Part shown: positions 1 to 12,717 of the stretch, piece after piece
How the letters are laid out: the number at the start of each line of letters is the position of its first letter
How positions within the stretch are numbered: the first letter of the stretch is position 1
Source: Bispira polyomma
Lineage: Eukaryota
Direction of reading: 5' to 3'
DNA length: 64,000 bases
Assembly: GCA_965649765.1 (NCBI GenBank)
Contig: OZ287756.1
Span: 5,394,001 to 5,458,000 of the forward strand
Made by a program: the position numbers and the translations under genes
The notes under the pieces: model-generated
What the model saw: the letters and a program-made list of their open reading frames with translations, nothing else
Databases searched by the model: none
Told to the model about the DNA's origin: nothing

Positions 1-338
1 TATAACTGTACTCCATTTTTCTGCATTCTAAAATGGCAGCCTGTAATTGTGATAAATTGTGTGGTTGAAATATTAGCGAGAAATAAATTTTCTCAGAGTG
101 GCTTTTGTTTTGCAAACTAACTTTTTATGCATGTGTATTTGATGGAACAGCTAAAACACAAAACCATGTGGTACACATTTTAGGTATTCATGGTGTGATT
201 TTAATAGAAATGGTTTATCATTTTAGAAAAGGACTAAAATACTTCTCGAACTTTAGGCTCATTTTAAACGATCGATAGTGGGTTTAATGCATGAAGTCAA
301 AAACACTTTGCATTATTTAATTCCTATAATAATTGTAG

Positions 339-659
339 GTGGATCACGTAAGAGACAAGAGAGCCAGTGGGCTGTTCTACTGTTACTACCTGGCTCATCA
401 CCTGTGTGACTACTACATTCCCACCTGTAGTTCTTACACAATCTCCTATGTGTGTGCCCATGTCATAAATGTTCCCTCCGCTTACAACCCTCCCTGCTAT
501 TACTACGGCTACTACTACTACACCTGCTGTTGCTACAGATACACCTGCAACAACCCCCCAACTCCAGCCCCACCGACACCCGCCCCGTCCCCACCTTCCC
601 CACCATCCCCACCAATCCCTCCAATCCCACCATTTAGGGAGGAATTTGAAATTCCTTGA
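339..659 (+). CDS. Cys/Tyr/Pro-rich secreted prepropeptide, copy 1, terminal exon (exon 1 lies upstream of the window)
   Basis: Acceptor ttgtAG|GTG at 337-338, phase 0. Reads VDHVRDKR-ASGLFYCYY...TCCCYRYTCNN-PPTPAPP...FEIP*. AATAAA at 771-776. The ORF-track 'M' is a GTG Val after the splice site. Confidence 0.85.
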   Translation: MDHVRDKRASGLFYCYYLAHHLCDYYIPTCSSYTISYVCAHVINVPSAYNPPCYYYGYYYYTCCCYRYTCNNPPTPAPPTPAPSPPSPPSPPIPPIPPFREEFEIP

Positions 660-770
660 TTATAGTGAGAGCAAGAGAGAGGAAGAGGTGTGGTATGGAA
701 GATCTGTGTTATGCCTCTGTGAATGGCTGAAACATATTGAACTTATTTGATGTAAATACTGATAATAATT

Positions 771-776
771 AATAAA
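771..776 (+). terminator. polyadenylation signal of peptide gene copy 1 (homologues at 21032-21037 and 48837-48842)
   Basis: AATAAA about 110 nt after the stop, followed by a T/GT-rich tract; conserved in all three copies. Confidence 0.6.
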
Positions 777-996
777 CATACCAGTCATGTTGCATTTCTT
801 GTTTTCTTTAGTTGTTTTAGGGGGAGGCCCGCAAAAACACAATGGCTAAAGTCTAAAGTCTAATTACAAATTTGATATAAGACTAACAGCATTTTAAAAT
901 TGATTGTACACTTTATGATAGCGATAAAATAGTTTGATTGTGTTGTCGATAACGTGTGAGTAAATTTTAGAAGAAACATTGATTAACTTAATGTCA

Positions 997-3900
997 AGGT
1001 TATAACTGGCTCTGGAACAGTGTTAATAGGTCAAAAAGAAATATTATTAGAAATTAAAAATTTCTATGCAAAACTGTTTGAGAACAAAGATAACGAACTA
1101 TGCAAGTATAACCTTCATGAAATTTCTTCTTTAGTAGGCATCAACTGTTTAACGGAACAGGACTCAAACATTTTAGAAGGAATGTTAACTGTTAGCAGGG
1201 CATTAAAATCTATGAAAAATCAAAAATGCCCAGGTGTAGATGGCTTTCCAGCTGAGTTTTTCAAGGTTTTTTGGATAAAGTTAAAATATTTTGTTTTGAG
1301 GACTTTGAACTCTGGGTTTGAATCTGGAGAGATGTCTATATCTCTGAGGCAATGCATAATATCATATCTACCAAAGGTGATAAGCCAAGACAATTTGGCG
1401 AAGAATTGGCGACCTATCTCATTGCTATCGGTTATTTATAAAATTGCATCATCAGCTTTGGCTTTTAGGATGCGACCAGTTTTAGATAAATTGATATCAA
1501 ACTCTCAGTCAGGTTTTATGGTTGGTCGCTGTATTGGTGAAAACACACGTTTAATATATGATTTGATACATTATACAAATATGAACAAAATCCCAGGTTT
1601 ATTATTGCTCAATGATTTTCAAAAAGCTTTTGACTCTGTGTCTTGGTCTTTTCTTTAATCAACTCTCAAATTTTTTTCTTCAAAAAAAATTTTTGTGAAT
1701 GGATAAAGGTGCTTAATACTACTGTTAAGGCAGCCATTCTTCAATGTAGAATACTTTCAGAATTTTTTGAGATAGGGCGTGGATGTAGGCAAGGTGATCC
1801 AATAGCTGCCTAATTATTCATACTGTGTAATAATGTATCTACTAATTGTAGTGGGACGGGGGGCCACCTCGTCCGCCGTCCACTCTTCTCCGTCCGGGGG
1901 GAGGGATCGAACCCCCCCCCTGTTGCCCCGAGCCCTTGAGGGAGAACGGCCCTGCCACGGCCTGAAGGGGACCACCGGCGCCGACCCAACACACTACCGG
2001 ATGTCTGGCAGGAACCCCGCGCTACCACCGCCCAGCGCACCCCCAGAGAAAAAACCGGGAATGGGTGCTGCTGCATGAGGGACCGACCTCTTTGTCGTAT
2101 CCCCTTCCGATGGTTTCTCTTCCACCATGTATCTGCCTATCTTCTATCTATATAGGATCTAACCTATCACCCACTGACGCTAGTTATTCATACTTTCCGT
2201 TTGCTGCCACCATGTCGATTAGGTCGACAAGACCATAGACCAAGAGTTAAAACTATCCCACCTAACCAAAACTCATCTTGGTACTCTGGGTTCCCCTACC
2301 ACCCACTAGCTGGGACAACACTGGCCGGTTACCCACCGACCAACCAATTCACCCTGACCCATTTCCCGTGGTCCCACCCAGCTACCGACCAAAAGCTGTT
2401 ACTGGAATATTCTTTACGGATAGTCCAACCTTAAGTTTTCACAATCTAGTAGTGTAAACTGAGCACACTGTAGAGTCAGAGTCGTGAGCAAGTGAGATAT
2501 TGCAGCCTAGGTTCAAGGATTTCTTTGTTAGGACACCTATGCAATTTTACCTTACAACTAATTCTTGGAGGAGTACAGTCACTGTTTTCGAAGAAGATAT
2601 GTTCTACGGACGGACACGCTGTCAACCAACTCAAAAGAGTGCAGGTTTGTAAACCAAGGTCAAGGTCATTTGCCTTTAAGGTCGTGGTCGAGGTCACCCT
2701 CTAATCTTAACCCTACTGATTTTACTGGCAAACCCAGGTCAGGAGTTGATCAAAGTTATTTTAATAGAGTGGAAAACACAATAATGGAAACACAATAAAT
2801 GACATTTCAAACAAGTATATATTAACAACAAATGTAAATATTAAAACGGACAAAATAGATGTGGGGTACAATATTAAAACGGAAAGCCACACATATATGT
2901 ATATAATAGCAAACACCAATTATTAGCTGACTTAATATTAATATTAAAAGAAAGGAGATTATAAACAGTTAGGTTTTATATTTTAGAATTAGAACAATAT
3001 ATAGAAGTTAATACCCACACATAACATTGAAAGAAAGAAATAGACACAACAAACACAAATTAACCAAGGAAACACACAACATTTACTGAGGATATGACAT
3101 ATGACAAAATTGAGATTTTATTTACAATTTGGAAAATATAGGATTTAATAGTGTACTTAAACTCAAAATAATTGATTAAGGATTTTGATTTATTTAAAAT
3201 TTAGTAAAGTATGGGATTTCATAATGTTATTAAAAATAATTAAGTTTGGATTTGATATATTTTTAATTTAGAAAAGTATAGAATTTAATAATAAAGTTAA
3301 ATTATGTGATGTATTATAATGTTACATCACATAATTTGAACCAAAAGGGGGATATATACGCAGCAAGTGGTGATATAGAATAATCATTTCTAAGCAACAA
3401 AAATTGTAAAGTTTAAGAAAACAATAGTATTATGCATCTGCATCGACAATTATTTGTAAGTTAAAGAAAACAATAATATTGGCCATTTGTATTGACAATT
3501 ATTTACAAGTTAAAGAAAACAATAATATTAAGCATTTACATAAACAACTATTTGAAGGTTAAAGAAACAATATTATTATTTGTTACTCAGGTCAAATTTC
3601 ACTGTGATTATAATTAATTACTGTTGGAAACATTACTTTCAACTTAGAATTATTATTTTACCATTTCAACACAATCATTGTTTCAAGTTTAAATAATTGT
3701 CTCTATATTATAACACTAGTTCTACCAAAAATCCCACTACAATTATAAAGTTTACTTTCTTTTAAGCCTAATTAAATGACTCTATACTATAATACAAGTT
3801 CTAACGAAAAATTCCACTGTCCCAGAAATCCCTATAACTCCCATATTTCATGTACTAACTCGATCCTACCTACTGTTTAACTTAAACCTTTCCTAACCTA

Positions 3901-6727
3901 ATTAATGGGGTGCTCAATTATATTTGTCCTCCCATATTTGCTTCCCTGTACCATGTGGCGAAGTCCTGGGATGGTCTATATATAGACAGAACCCCTGCAA
4001 CTTCCCACCACATCATGGGTACGGTCAACAAATACCGGGACTGGGAAACAAAGGGTGAAACAAGGTTAAAGATCAAGGTCCAGGTCAAAGTTATATCCTA
4101 CCTACCAACATGAAAGATGACCCAGATGATTGAAATGGCAACATTTGAATAGCTACTTTCACCATACATTGCCTCATCGCCGTCGCGGATAACCAATACG
4201 GGGCAACCCGGCTAGTCTCCCCCCAAGGAACTGGCCGGCTCCTCACCTGTCTCTTTGGGACTAGAAGTACCTATGCCCTGGCTGTTGTAGCCCAAACAGA
4301 ATGGTGGTTAAAACTGCTAAGTTTGATGAAATGATAGTGATACTTCCCCATGTGACCACCTACCCATGAGGGGTACCCCTACCCCCACCACAGGGGATGG
4401 GGTACCAAAGTATTAAGGTATCCTCCAAGTATCACTAAATGAATGAGGTGAATGATATTATAAAATTACAGTAATGAAAATAAAACAGGGGAGAAACTTA
4501 TCACTATGATAGGCCAAATCAAACTGACAGCCAACTCCCAATATCTAGGTCAAACTTTATCCCCATGCTTGATAACTATTTGGTCAAAAATTGGGTATAA
4601 TGATATTTAAATATAATGAAAATTCATCCCAAACCCCCCCTATCCCCACCAAATATGTTGTTACTACTGTTAAAACATAATGAGTATGAACCCTACCTTG
4701 ATTAAGCTAAAATAGTTAAATTCCAATGCACACAAAAAAAAACCATCCACAACTCTTTGTTCCCAATATGAAAGAGAGAGAGATCCAGTCTGGAAGCCAC
4801 GAGGCTGTCCTCCCAGAAACACCCACAAAATCTTATTGGCTCAGCCAGCTCACACGACAAACATCCCACCTTATATCTCCCTGTATATAACCCATCTAAA
4901 TATAGTAACTCCTGATGACCTCAGCTTGTTTACATCTATTTAGAATACTTCAGTACTGGGTAGTTTTAATGCAGCATTTGAAACAGCTGAAAAACCTAGC
5001 CAAAATCAGGCTGTATTTACTTTTTGAAATTCCCAATTTTGCTTGGTGAAATTACCGAAATTTGGCAACTTAAGGGTCTCATGGAAATGGCATTCGCCAC
5101 ATAATTATGAATGAAAAATGAATTAAAGGCATTCAAATTAACAAAATAAAATATAAAATCTCACAATTTGGCGATGATACAACTTTAATTTTGAATGAAA
5201 GTAAGGAGTCCCTTTTGGTAGCTTTAAATGTTTTAGAAATTTTTGGCTCAATGTCTGGTTTGCAGATAAATACTGATAAAACCAAACTTATATGGATTGG
5301 TAAAAAACGAAACTTAAAAGACAAGATTGATGTAGGCAAATCATTGGTATGGGAAGCAACTACTTTTCATCTTTTTGAGATTAACTTTTCAATAAACTTG
5401 AATGAAATGATTCATATAAACTACCCTCCTACTATTGAAAAACTATTATTTTATGTTTGGAACCAAAGGTATTTGACACCCCTGGGAAGGGTAACTATAA
5501 TTAAAACATTCGCATTATCTAAACTAAAGCATCTGTTTCTTTCTTTACCATCTCCTGGAAAGGCAATTTTAAAAGTTATTGAAAATATGTTCTATAAGTT
5601 TATTTGGAGTGGTAAACCTGACAAAGTAAAGAGAACAATTTTGACAAGACAATATCTGGATGGTGGTTTAAAAATGATACACATCAACAACTTTGTGTCT
5701 GCACTTAAAATAACTTGGTTACGTCGCTTTAATAATAATTCACATGCTCCATAGGCTAAACTAGCAATAAATTTCATCGGCTATGACGAGCTTTTTTGCT
5801 TAGGTCAAATTACTCCAGAAATATTGCTAGAAATATTGACTATAAATTTTGGATGGAAACTTTAAATAGTTGGAGTAACATTATAGAGAGTCTAACTGAT
5901 CGCAGTGACGATCTATCTTTACCAATCTGGCACAATACTAAGGTATCAAAATCTAACCTTTACTGTCCCAAATGGTATAATGCAGGTATTGTTTCAATAG
6001 CCGATTTGATTTGTAGTAGTGGAGAGTTTTTGACCGAAAAAGAATTGAATTCTATTTATAAAATTAAAACTAATTTTCTCGAATATCTCGAATATTATTT
6101 TTGGATTCGCTTCCTGCAAAAGTGCAAAGACTATTATCAATTTAATATATTTAACCGCAAAAGCTTTCATTTTTAAAGTTTCAAGAAGAAAAGGTTTATT
6201 ATCACAACAGACCTTTAGTAACTATTTAAAGCAAATTTATACTGAACGGGAATATGCCTCAAAATTAAAAGATGAACATACAGCTTTTATCAAAAACTGG
6301 GAAAACATTCAGAATCTTTTTGTTTGACATTGTTGTAATTTAGTAAAATTAAATGTGGTTTGTCTACGTGCATTTGTATTGTTTTTATTGTGATATTTTC
6401 GGCTTTTTTTTCTCATTGTGTAATGTAATATCAGTTGTATCAAAGTCTTTCCTATTGTTATTGTAATTGTACTGTCATTTGTATTGTTTTTTATTGTGAT
6501 ATTTTCTGATTTTTGTTTTTCATTGTGTAATGTAATGTCAATTTTGTCATAGCTTCTTTCCTATTGCAACTGTAATGTCATTTGTATTGTTTTAATTGTG
6601 ATATTTTCGGATTTATTTTTAATTTTTTTTTTTCATTTTGTAATATAATATTAGTTGAAGAAGTGTCTTTCCTATTGTTATTGTAATTGTACTGTCATTT
6701 GTCTTATAAAAAAATTTAAAAAAAAAT
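997..6727 (+). mobile_element. 5'-truncated, degenerate L1/Tx1-clade LINE (ORF2 RT fragments), interrupted by a nested insertion
   Basis: Motifs KCPGVDGFPAEFFKVFW, NWRPISLL, DFQKAFDSV, RGCRQGDPI, SQFGDD, LTPLGRVTIIK, GGLKM; stops and frameshifts; repetitive 3'UTR and A-rich tail. TSD TTAATGTCA at 988-996 and 6728-6736; empty site at 49230-49238. Confidence 0.9.
1847..5101 (-). mobile_element. 3.25-kb non-coding TG...CA insertion (LTR-retrotransposon-derived) nested in the L1
   Basis: Ends TGTAG(T/C)GG...TTCGCCACA; 4-bp TSD TAAT (1843-1846, 5102-5105). Removing it rejoins the L1 frame (...YLLIMNEK...). No credible protein ORF. Confidence 0.75.
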
Positions 6728-7069
6728 TTAATGTCACTTGAAGACAAACATATTAAAATATTTCTGAAAAAAAAAAAGATTTTTGTGTTAAATGTGGGAA
6801 TATATAAACTTTTTTTTTAAAGAATTGAAGGCATTGAAAGATTTTAAAACTGTGAACTTTTACCATTTCTGCAAAAAGTTGTAGTTTTACACCTATCTCT
6901 GGACACACAGTGAATTGGTATGTCATATTTAAACTGACATATAAGCCTTAAAGTGGAGTGTTAAAATCAATAACTCTTGGTATAGATGTATGTGTACAAC
7001 ATAATGTCAGTATAATAAAAAATTATCTATCTATCTTTGTTTGGTTAAGACAGTAAAACTCTGATTCAA

Positions 7070-7450
7070 TTGTTGTATATTTGATCTTCATATTAATTTT
7101 GTAATTCTGTAAACTTTCTGGTACATATTCTGTGTGAATATAAGTTGTATATTTGATTTTGGCATTAATATTGTAATTATGATTCTTTGATATGTATTCT
7201 TTTGTGTAACTATGAGTTGTATATTTGATCTTGATCTTACTTTTGTTTTTGTACAGACATATTCTTGCCAAGACATATTCTTGGAAGGGGTGGTACTCCT
7301 CACTTAAAACAATGTCATTCCATAACTCAAACGGAAGAGATGGTACTTCTTTCTTAAAACAATATCACTCTATAACCTTAATGAAAGAGGTGGTACTTCT
7401 TTAGTAAAACAATGTCACTCCATAACTTAAATGGAAGAGGTAGTACTTTA
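7070..7450. repeat. two short minisatellites (~72-bp x3, ~50-bp x4)
   Basis: gttgtatatttgat recurs at about 7072, 7144, 7216; a ggaagaggtggtact-like motif recurs about every 50 bp from ~7283. Also at 27050-27430. Confidence 0.6.
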
Positions 7451-7830
7451 TCAAATCCAGTAGTCTAAATGGCTGCTAACAATGAAATTAGCCATAGGGA
7501 TGGCAGTATCTAGTGACAAATGATTTCTGATTCTTTTGATGTTACAAATGTGATAGTAACAGGAGTGACAAATGTTGCTGTGTATCAAATGTGTGTATTA
7601 AATGAGAAAGTGGAATCAATGGTGACACCAAGGCTCTTGACAGTATTGGAGGGCTGAATATCATTGCCCAGTAGTGTAATGGGTTTGAATTTGAATTTGA
7701 AACCACTAGGCCATACTGGGTAAAACTGTAATATGGTAGAAAACCCCTCCTGGATTTTGGTTATTTTGTCAGTTAAGAAATTGCCAAATTTATTAGATAA
7801 AAATGTAAGGCAATAACTGTCGGGCAAAAC
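7445..7830 (-). mobile_element. L2-clade LINE fragment (internally deleted relative to unit 2)
   Basis: Translates to PITLLGNDIQPSNTVKSLGVTIDSTFSFNTHI, matching the L2 ORF at 60025-61149. Confidence 0.75.
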
Positions 7831-9442
7831 TCGTTTAGATGTACGGTGGAGTATTATTATCCACAGCTTGAAAGGTTGAACTTAAAAGTGATTTTAATTT
7901 AAAACAGTAGAGAAGCATTAGAAATATCTTTACAGTGATTGACACAATAAACCAAACCTCTTTGTTGTTGATTTTGGGTTTAACAACGTCGTTGGACCAT
8001 GAATTTTCAGTTTCCAATGGGTGACTAGAAATATGACTCCTTCAGTTTCCAATGGGTGATTTAGACTATGAGTCTTTCAGTTTACATACTCCATGATTTT
8101 TGTTTAGGTTCCAATGCGTAATTTACAACCTAACTTCGTTGCTGGTCCCATGACTCTTTTCCTTTCAATGGGTGGTTGCGACTATGACTCTTTAAGTTTC
8201 CAATAATTGGCTGGGCCCATGAGTTCCCTTGTTTTTGACAGTTTCACGTATGTCACACATGTTATGCCAATTGTAGAACCTATAACCACACAACACATAA
8301 TAACAGAGTTATTCAGTATTATTGTCACTAGCTTCGACAGCTAAAACTAGTACTGGGCACTACAGCAGTGATTATGTTTGGAGAACAAAATGGTAAGAAT
8401 GTTAGATCATCAGTGAAATAATAGTCTATATAATAATATTTATTTACTTGGCCTAAGTCTAAAACCAAATGTGACTGAAAAACATTTTAAACATTTTAAA
8501 ATTTTAAAAAATCATATTTCTGACCAAAACTGTCAACACCTCTTTAACTTGCTGATACATATTTAGACACCCCATCCATTCTTAATTTTCCTTGGTTAAT
8601 AATAAGGACAAAAGTAACTGTTATGGCTGCAATTTACAAAAATGGCATTAATCATACCTTTCCTTCAGGAACATAAATAGTGATCAGGGCCACAGACATC
8701 TATAAAGTTTAAGTGAAATAATGATTTTATTGACATATTTTTTCCATGTTTTTAAAGGATCAATTCAAGTTAAATGTCAATATTCAGAAAGATAAGTGTC
8801 ATGCAAATTATTTGTTATCCTTAGGATACACTGTTGTTTCAATCAAATAGTGTCAGAAACTATTGCTAGTCTCTCACCAATATGGGTTCGAACCCCTTTG
8901 TTCCTTCATGTTAGAAAGTTTGTCAGCACCCTTCAGTATAGTCAATCTGGTGTGTAGTGGAAAGTAAAAATTTGGAAACAATTGGCAATAGACTTGCTAA
9001 AACCTGGTAATTTGAAAACTTTACCATCTACCCGGACTTTATAAATAATAAACTGGCTATTGTGGCATGACACATATTGATTAAACCAATGTTAATCTAA
9101 TTAAATTGATAAGCCTGTAACAGGACAGTATTGATGTCAGCATACATATATTTTTGGTAAATTCAAGAAAAGTTGAATTACTTTTCAACTAAAAGATAAC
9201 CTAAAACCAATTACACATTTTACATGACCATATGTGACCAACGTGAAAGTTGTTAGTATACTTATATAATGAGTATACTGGTACTAATATTTGTACCAGT
9301 AATAAAACATGACTTTATTAATGATAAGTTATATTGTATATTGTCAGTTTTTGATATACCTTGCTTAAATTTATATCGAAGGATATTACTGTTTTTCGTG
9401 CTGTTTTAAGTTAAATCTTATAAACAGTAATTCAATACATAC

Positions 9443-9723
9443 CTGCTATGTAGAAATATGGTATGCATCTTATTTCAAAATCTTTTTGGATGGCAACTGT
9501 AATATTGATGTTGCCAACATTCGTATTTTATTGGTCACCACCAGACAAGGACTTTTGACATCCCTAAGAAACATCACTAATGTTGTATGTAAGACATATT
9601 CTTGATCTGGACGGGAACTTAACAACTCACTTATTTTGATAAAAACTGGTGCATTAGAAGTTACATCTTTTGCAGCAGTAGCATTGATCAGGTGAGTACT
9701 GGTTGAATAGTAAGGTGATGTTT
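9443..9723 (-). pseudogene. orphan duplicated exon 2 of the CHST15-like sulfotransferase, frameshifted
   Basis: Homologous to 55600-55881 with both splice sites kept. It is 281 bp instead of 282 bp (1-bp deletion near NKNVNVG); neither the catalytic exon nor exon 1 is present in the unit. Confidence 0.85.
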
Positions 9724-10329
9724 CTGCAAATAGAAAAAAGCACAATTAAGCAAAACTAATGCATCGACAGATCCAGGATTCTGTAAAGGGGGGGGGGGGA
9801 GGGTCTGCCTCCAGAATTCATTGTTAGATTCATATTTCCTAAAATGTTAGGGGTTCCACATTCACAAAAAAGGTCTTAATGTTTACTGGTCTTAGTCTCA
9901 ACTCGATGTTTTTGTCATGGATAAAGACTCAAAAGGGCAACTAACGCTAAATAAGCTCAATGGGCCCTTAAAGGTTGCATTAGCTATAGTACAATTCACT
10001 AGGGGCGTAAAAATAATGCATTTTTAAATGAATGAAAACTACATCCTGCAGGATGATAACTATTAAATTGGGTGTGTATTATGCCTGCATCACATCCAAA
10101 CACCATCACACAACATCAGGCATCGTTGGAAGAAATGTGAGATTCATGCAAAAAATTGAAATTTTCCACCCAAAAAGATTGCAAAGAACTATTTTTTTTC
10201 CATTACCTAATGTCAATTTTACTGTAAATCAATTTCACTTCCCTTCCTCTGAAGTCCTTCTTGTCGCCCCTGAGTTGTCTCCAATCGACAAGGCCCTGCC
10301 ACGCTTCTCCATTTCAATTCATCATGCAA

Positions 10330-10835
10330 TGTTGAAAAATGTCCCAAAAAGTTTTATTACCTCGCTTTAACGATCAGACTATTCCTGTGACCGTCCCCTA
10401 CCATATGATGCTTTTCCTGTCTGTCTCTAAATTTTACTATATGTTATTGAATGTCATACAATTTTTATTTTCTCTTTGCCCTTTTCCCCCGTTTACCCTC
10501 CGTCATGAGCCTTTAGTGAAATTTATATGCTGCCCCCGCAAGTGTCCTTCCATCAGCTTCCGTTATTTGAACTAACCTTTTCAATCCATCGTGCAACATT
10601 GAAGAATGTCCTAAGAAGTGTCATAACCTCGCTTTAACCGTCATACTATTCCTGTGACCGTCTCCTACCATATGCTGCTTTTCCTGTCTTTCACTATATG
10701 TCACTGACTGCTATACAATGTTTACTTCTCTTGCCCTTTTTTAACCATTTATCCTCCGTCACGAACCTTCAATGAGATTTACATGCTGCCCCTGTAAGTG
10801 TCGTTTTATCAGCTTCCGTTATTTGAACTAACCCT
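10330..10835. repeat. local tandem duplication, ~250 bp x2 (also 38200-38700)
   Basis: acctcgctttaa...ctattcctgtgaccgtc...ccatatg...cagcttccgttatttgaactaacc occurs twice in a row. Confidence 0.65.
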
Positions 10836-11508
10836 TTAAATTCGTCCCCAAAAGCCAGGAACCATTGCACTCTGTTACATTATGTCACAAACAGCAAGAA
10901 AATTCTGTTACTAACTTTTTGTTCCAGCTTCTCTCTTCCGCATACTTCCCTATGACAGTTTCCCTACTTCTGACTAAGTGGCCCAGAACTTCACCTCCTG
11001 TCACACACCCTTTCTTTATATCCATAACCCTCAACTCTCTTTCCTGCAAGTCTGTAACCGTTGAATCAGGTCACTGAGCATAATTTTTTTTTCTGTCCGT
11101 TCACGTAAAATTATCCACATAAAAGGGCAGCCACTCTGGATTTTTTTGGCATTTAAATTTTTGCAAAGACAGGAATACATGATAATTAGACGAATGCAAT
11201 TGTTTCTACATGCTTATGTTGCTGTGCTTGCAGGACACCAAAACATGGGCACGATGTTGTGTTATGGATGAATGCTGCAGGTGCCAGGAGAAGGCGGTTA
11301 CACAGAAGACCTTGGACTAGATGTTGAATACTCAAGAGACCTGGATATGGTCTGCATTAGAACTTATTTGGGGACTTAGAGAGGAATGATCCTGTATCTT
11401 ACAGGAACCTCACTAGATGCGCACCAGACTTATTCCAGTTCATATTATAGAGAACCACACCACATATCCAAAGAACTGCAAACAACTTCAGGCCTCCTGG
11501 CAGGCCAG

Positions 11509-11750
11509 GGCTGGTATTCTCGAACGTATACTCAGCTTAAACTCATACTCAACTCAAATACAGGCCATGTGAAATTCATTGTACATGGAAATAACCTATA
11601 CTTGTGACCATTCATTTTAATAGAGCTTTCAACACTGAATTCAAATATGAAGTCAGATTTTGGATATTTTTGCTGTGTCCAGAGCTATAGAGAATCCAGA
11701 TTTGAGCTGAGTATGAGTTTAAGCTGAGTATACGTTCGAGAATACCAGGC
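11509..11750. mobile_element. PIF/Harbinger-type MITE
   Basis: ~50-bp TIRs (GGCTGGTATTCTCGAACGTATACTCAGCTTAAACTCATACTC...); TSD CAG at 11506-11508 and 11751-11753. Copy at 39377-39618; decayed relatives near 49720-49940 and 56730-56870. Confidence 0.8.
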
Positions 11751-11996
11751 CAGGGGCACAGTTAGAACCAGACCTAAGATATAAGAATATCAGATATCTT
11801 GCCTCTAGCAGTATACACAGTGACATGCAGATCTTGGTCTTTGATTTTGTCCGAAAAGATTTTTATTTTGGTCTTAGATCTAAGAACATTTATTAGCTCA
11901 CTGTTAACATTTTCTCTTAACACTAAAACAAACAGTATGCAAGTGTTAAACATTTTAGACCCTTTTGAGAATATGGCCCCAGTAAACTAAATTTAA

Positions 11997-12185
11997 AGGG
12001 GCGAATATACCTGTTCAAATCTGTCATACGAAAAATTGAATAAAATTATTTCACTTTCCTGTCCGCCATCCAAAAAAAGGCGTATCTTACTTCTGTGTTT
12101 TCTTAGACTATAATTTTTTCAAATGATGGAAACGGACGTTGGATGACAGATTTGAAAGCAAAATCGGATAGGTGTATTCACCCTT
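11997..12185. mobile_element. Tourist/Harbinger-like MITE
   Basis: Imperfect TIR AGGGG(C/T)GAATA(T/C)ACCT, flanked by TAA on both sides. Confidence 0.6.
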
Positions 12186-12427
12186 TAAGATTCTGATTCA
12201 CCCAGCATTCTGTGGCGAACTAAGGCTATTATTAAGCACTGGCACCCTAAAAAGAGCGCCGTTTCGACATCTAGCCCCAGTGATTACTTGGTGTGGCCGT
12301 TTTGACACCAAAAGAATAAATGTTTTAGTGTCAAAATTGCCACACCAACTACACACCAATGCAAATATATCATCGAGGCTGTCAAAATGGCCCACCTTAG
12401 TTGATTCAAATCAAAAGACCCCAAAGG

Positions 12428-12717
12428 CGAGTTGTTAGCATTATGAGGGATTCCATGCATATACAGGCTTCACAAAGTGAGTTCTCAGCATTACAAGAGC
12501 TTTCATGCATATACAGGCCTCACAAAGTGAGATTTTAGGGTTACGAGGGCTTCCATGCATATACAGGCTTCACAAAGCGAGTTGTTAGCATTACGAGAGC
12601 TTTCATGCATATACAGGTCTCACAAAGACAGCTCTTAGCATTACGAGGGCTTCCATGCATATACAGGCCTCACAAAGCGAGTTGTTAGCATTAAGAGGGT
12701 TATCATGCATATACAGG
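12428..12717. repeat. 50-bp minisatellite, ~6 copies (also 40298-40587)
   Basis: CATGCATATACAGG starts at 12454, 12504, 12554, 12604, 12654, 12704. Confidence 0.9.

Noticed and set aside
452-750. Alternative-frame ORFs over the peptide exon (poly-Leu 61 aa; Thr-rich mucin-like 93 aa)
   Set aside because: Only the Cys/Tyr frame is in phase with the acceptor and the signal-peptide exon; the other frames change length between copies.
11209-11320. Short Cys-rich ORF MLMLLCLQDTKTWARCCVMDECCRCQ...
   Set aside because: About 36 codons, no convincing signal peptide, promoter or partner exon; probably chance.
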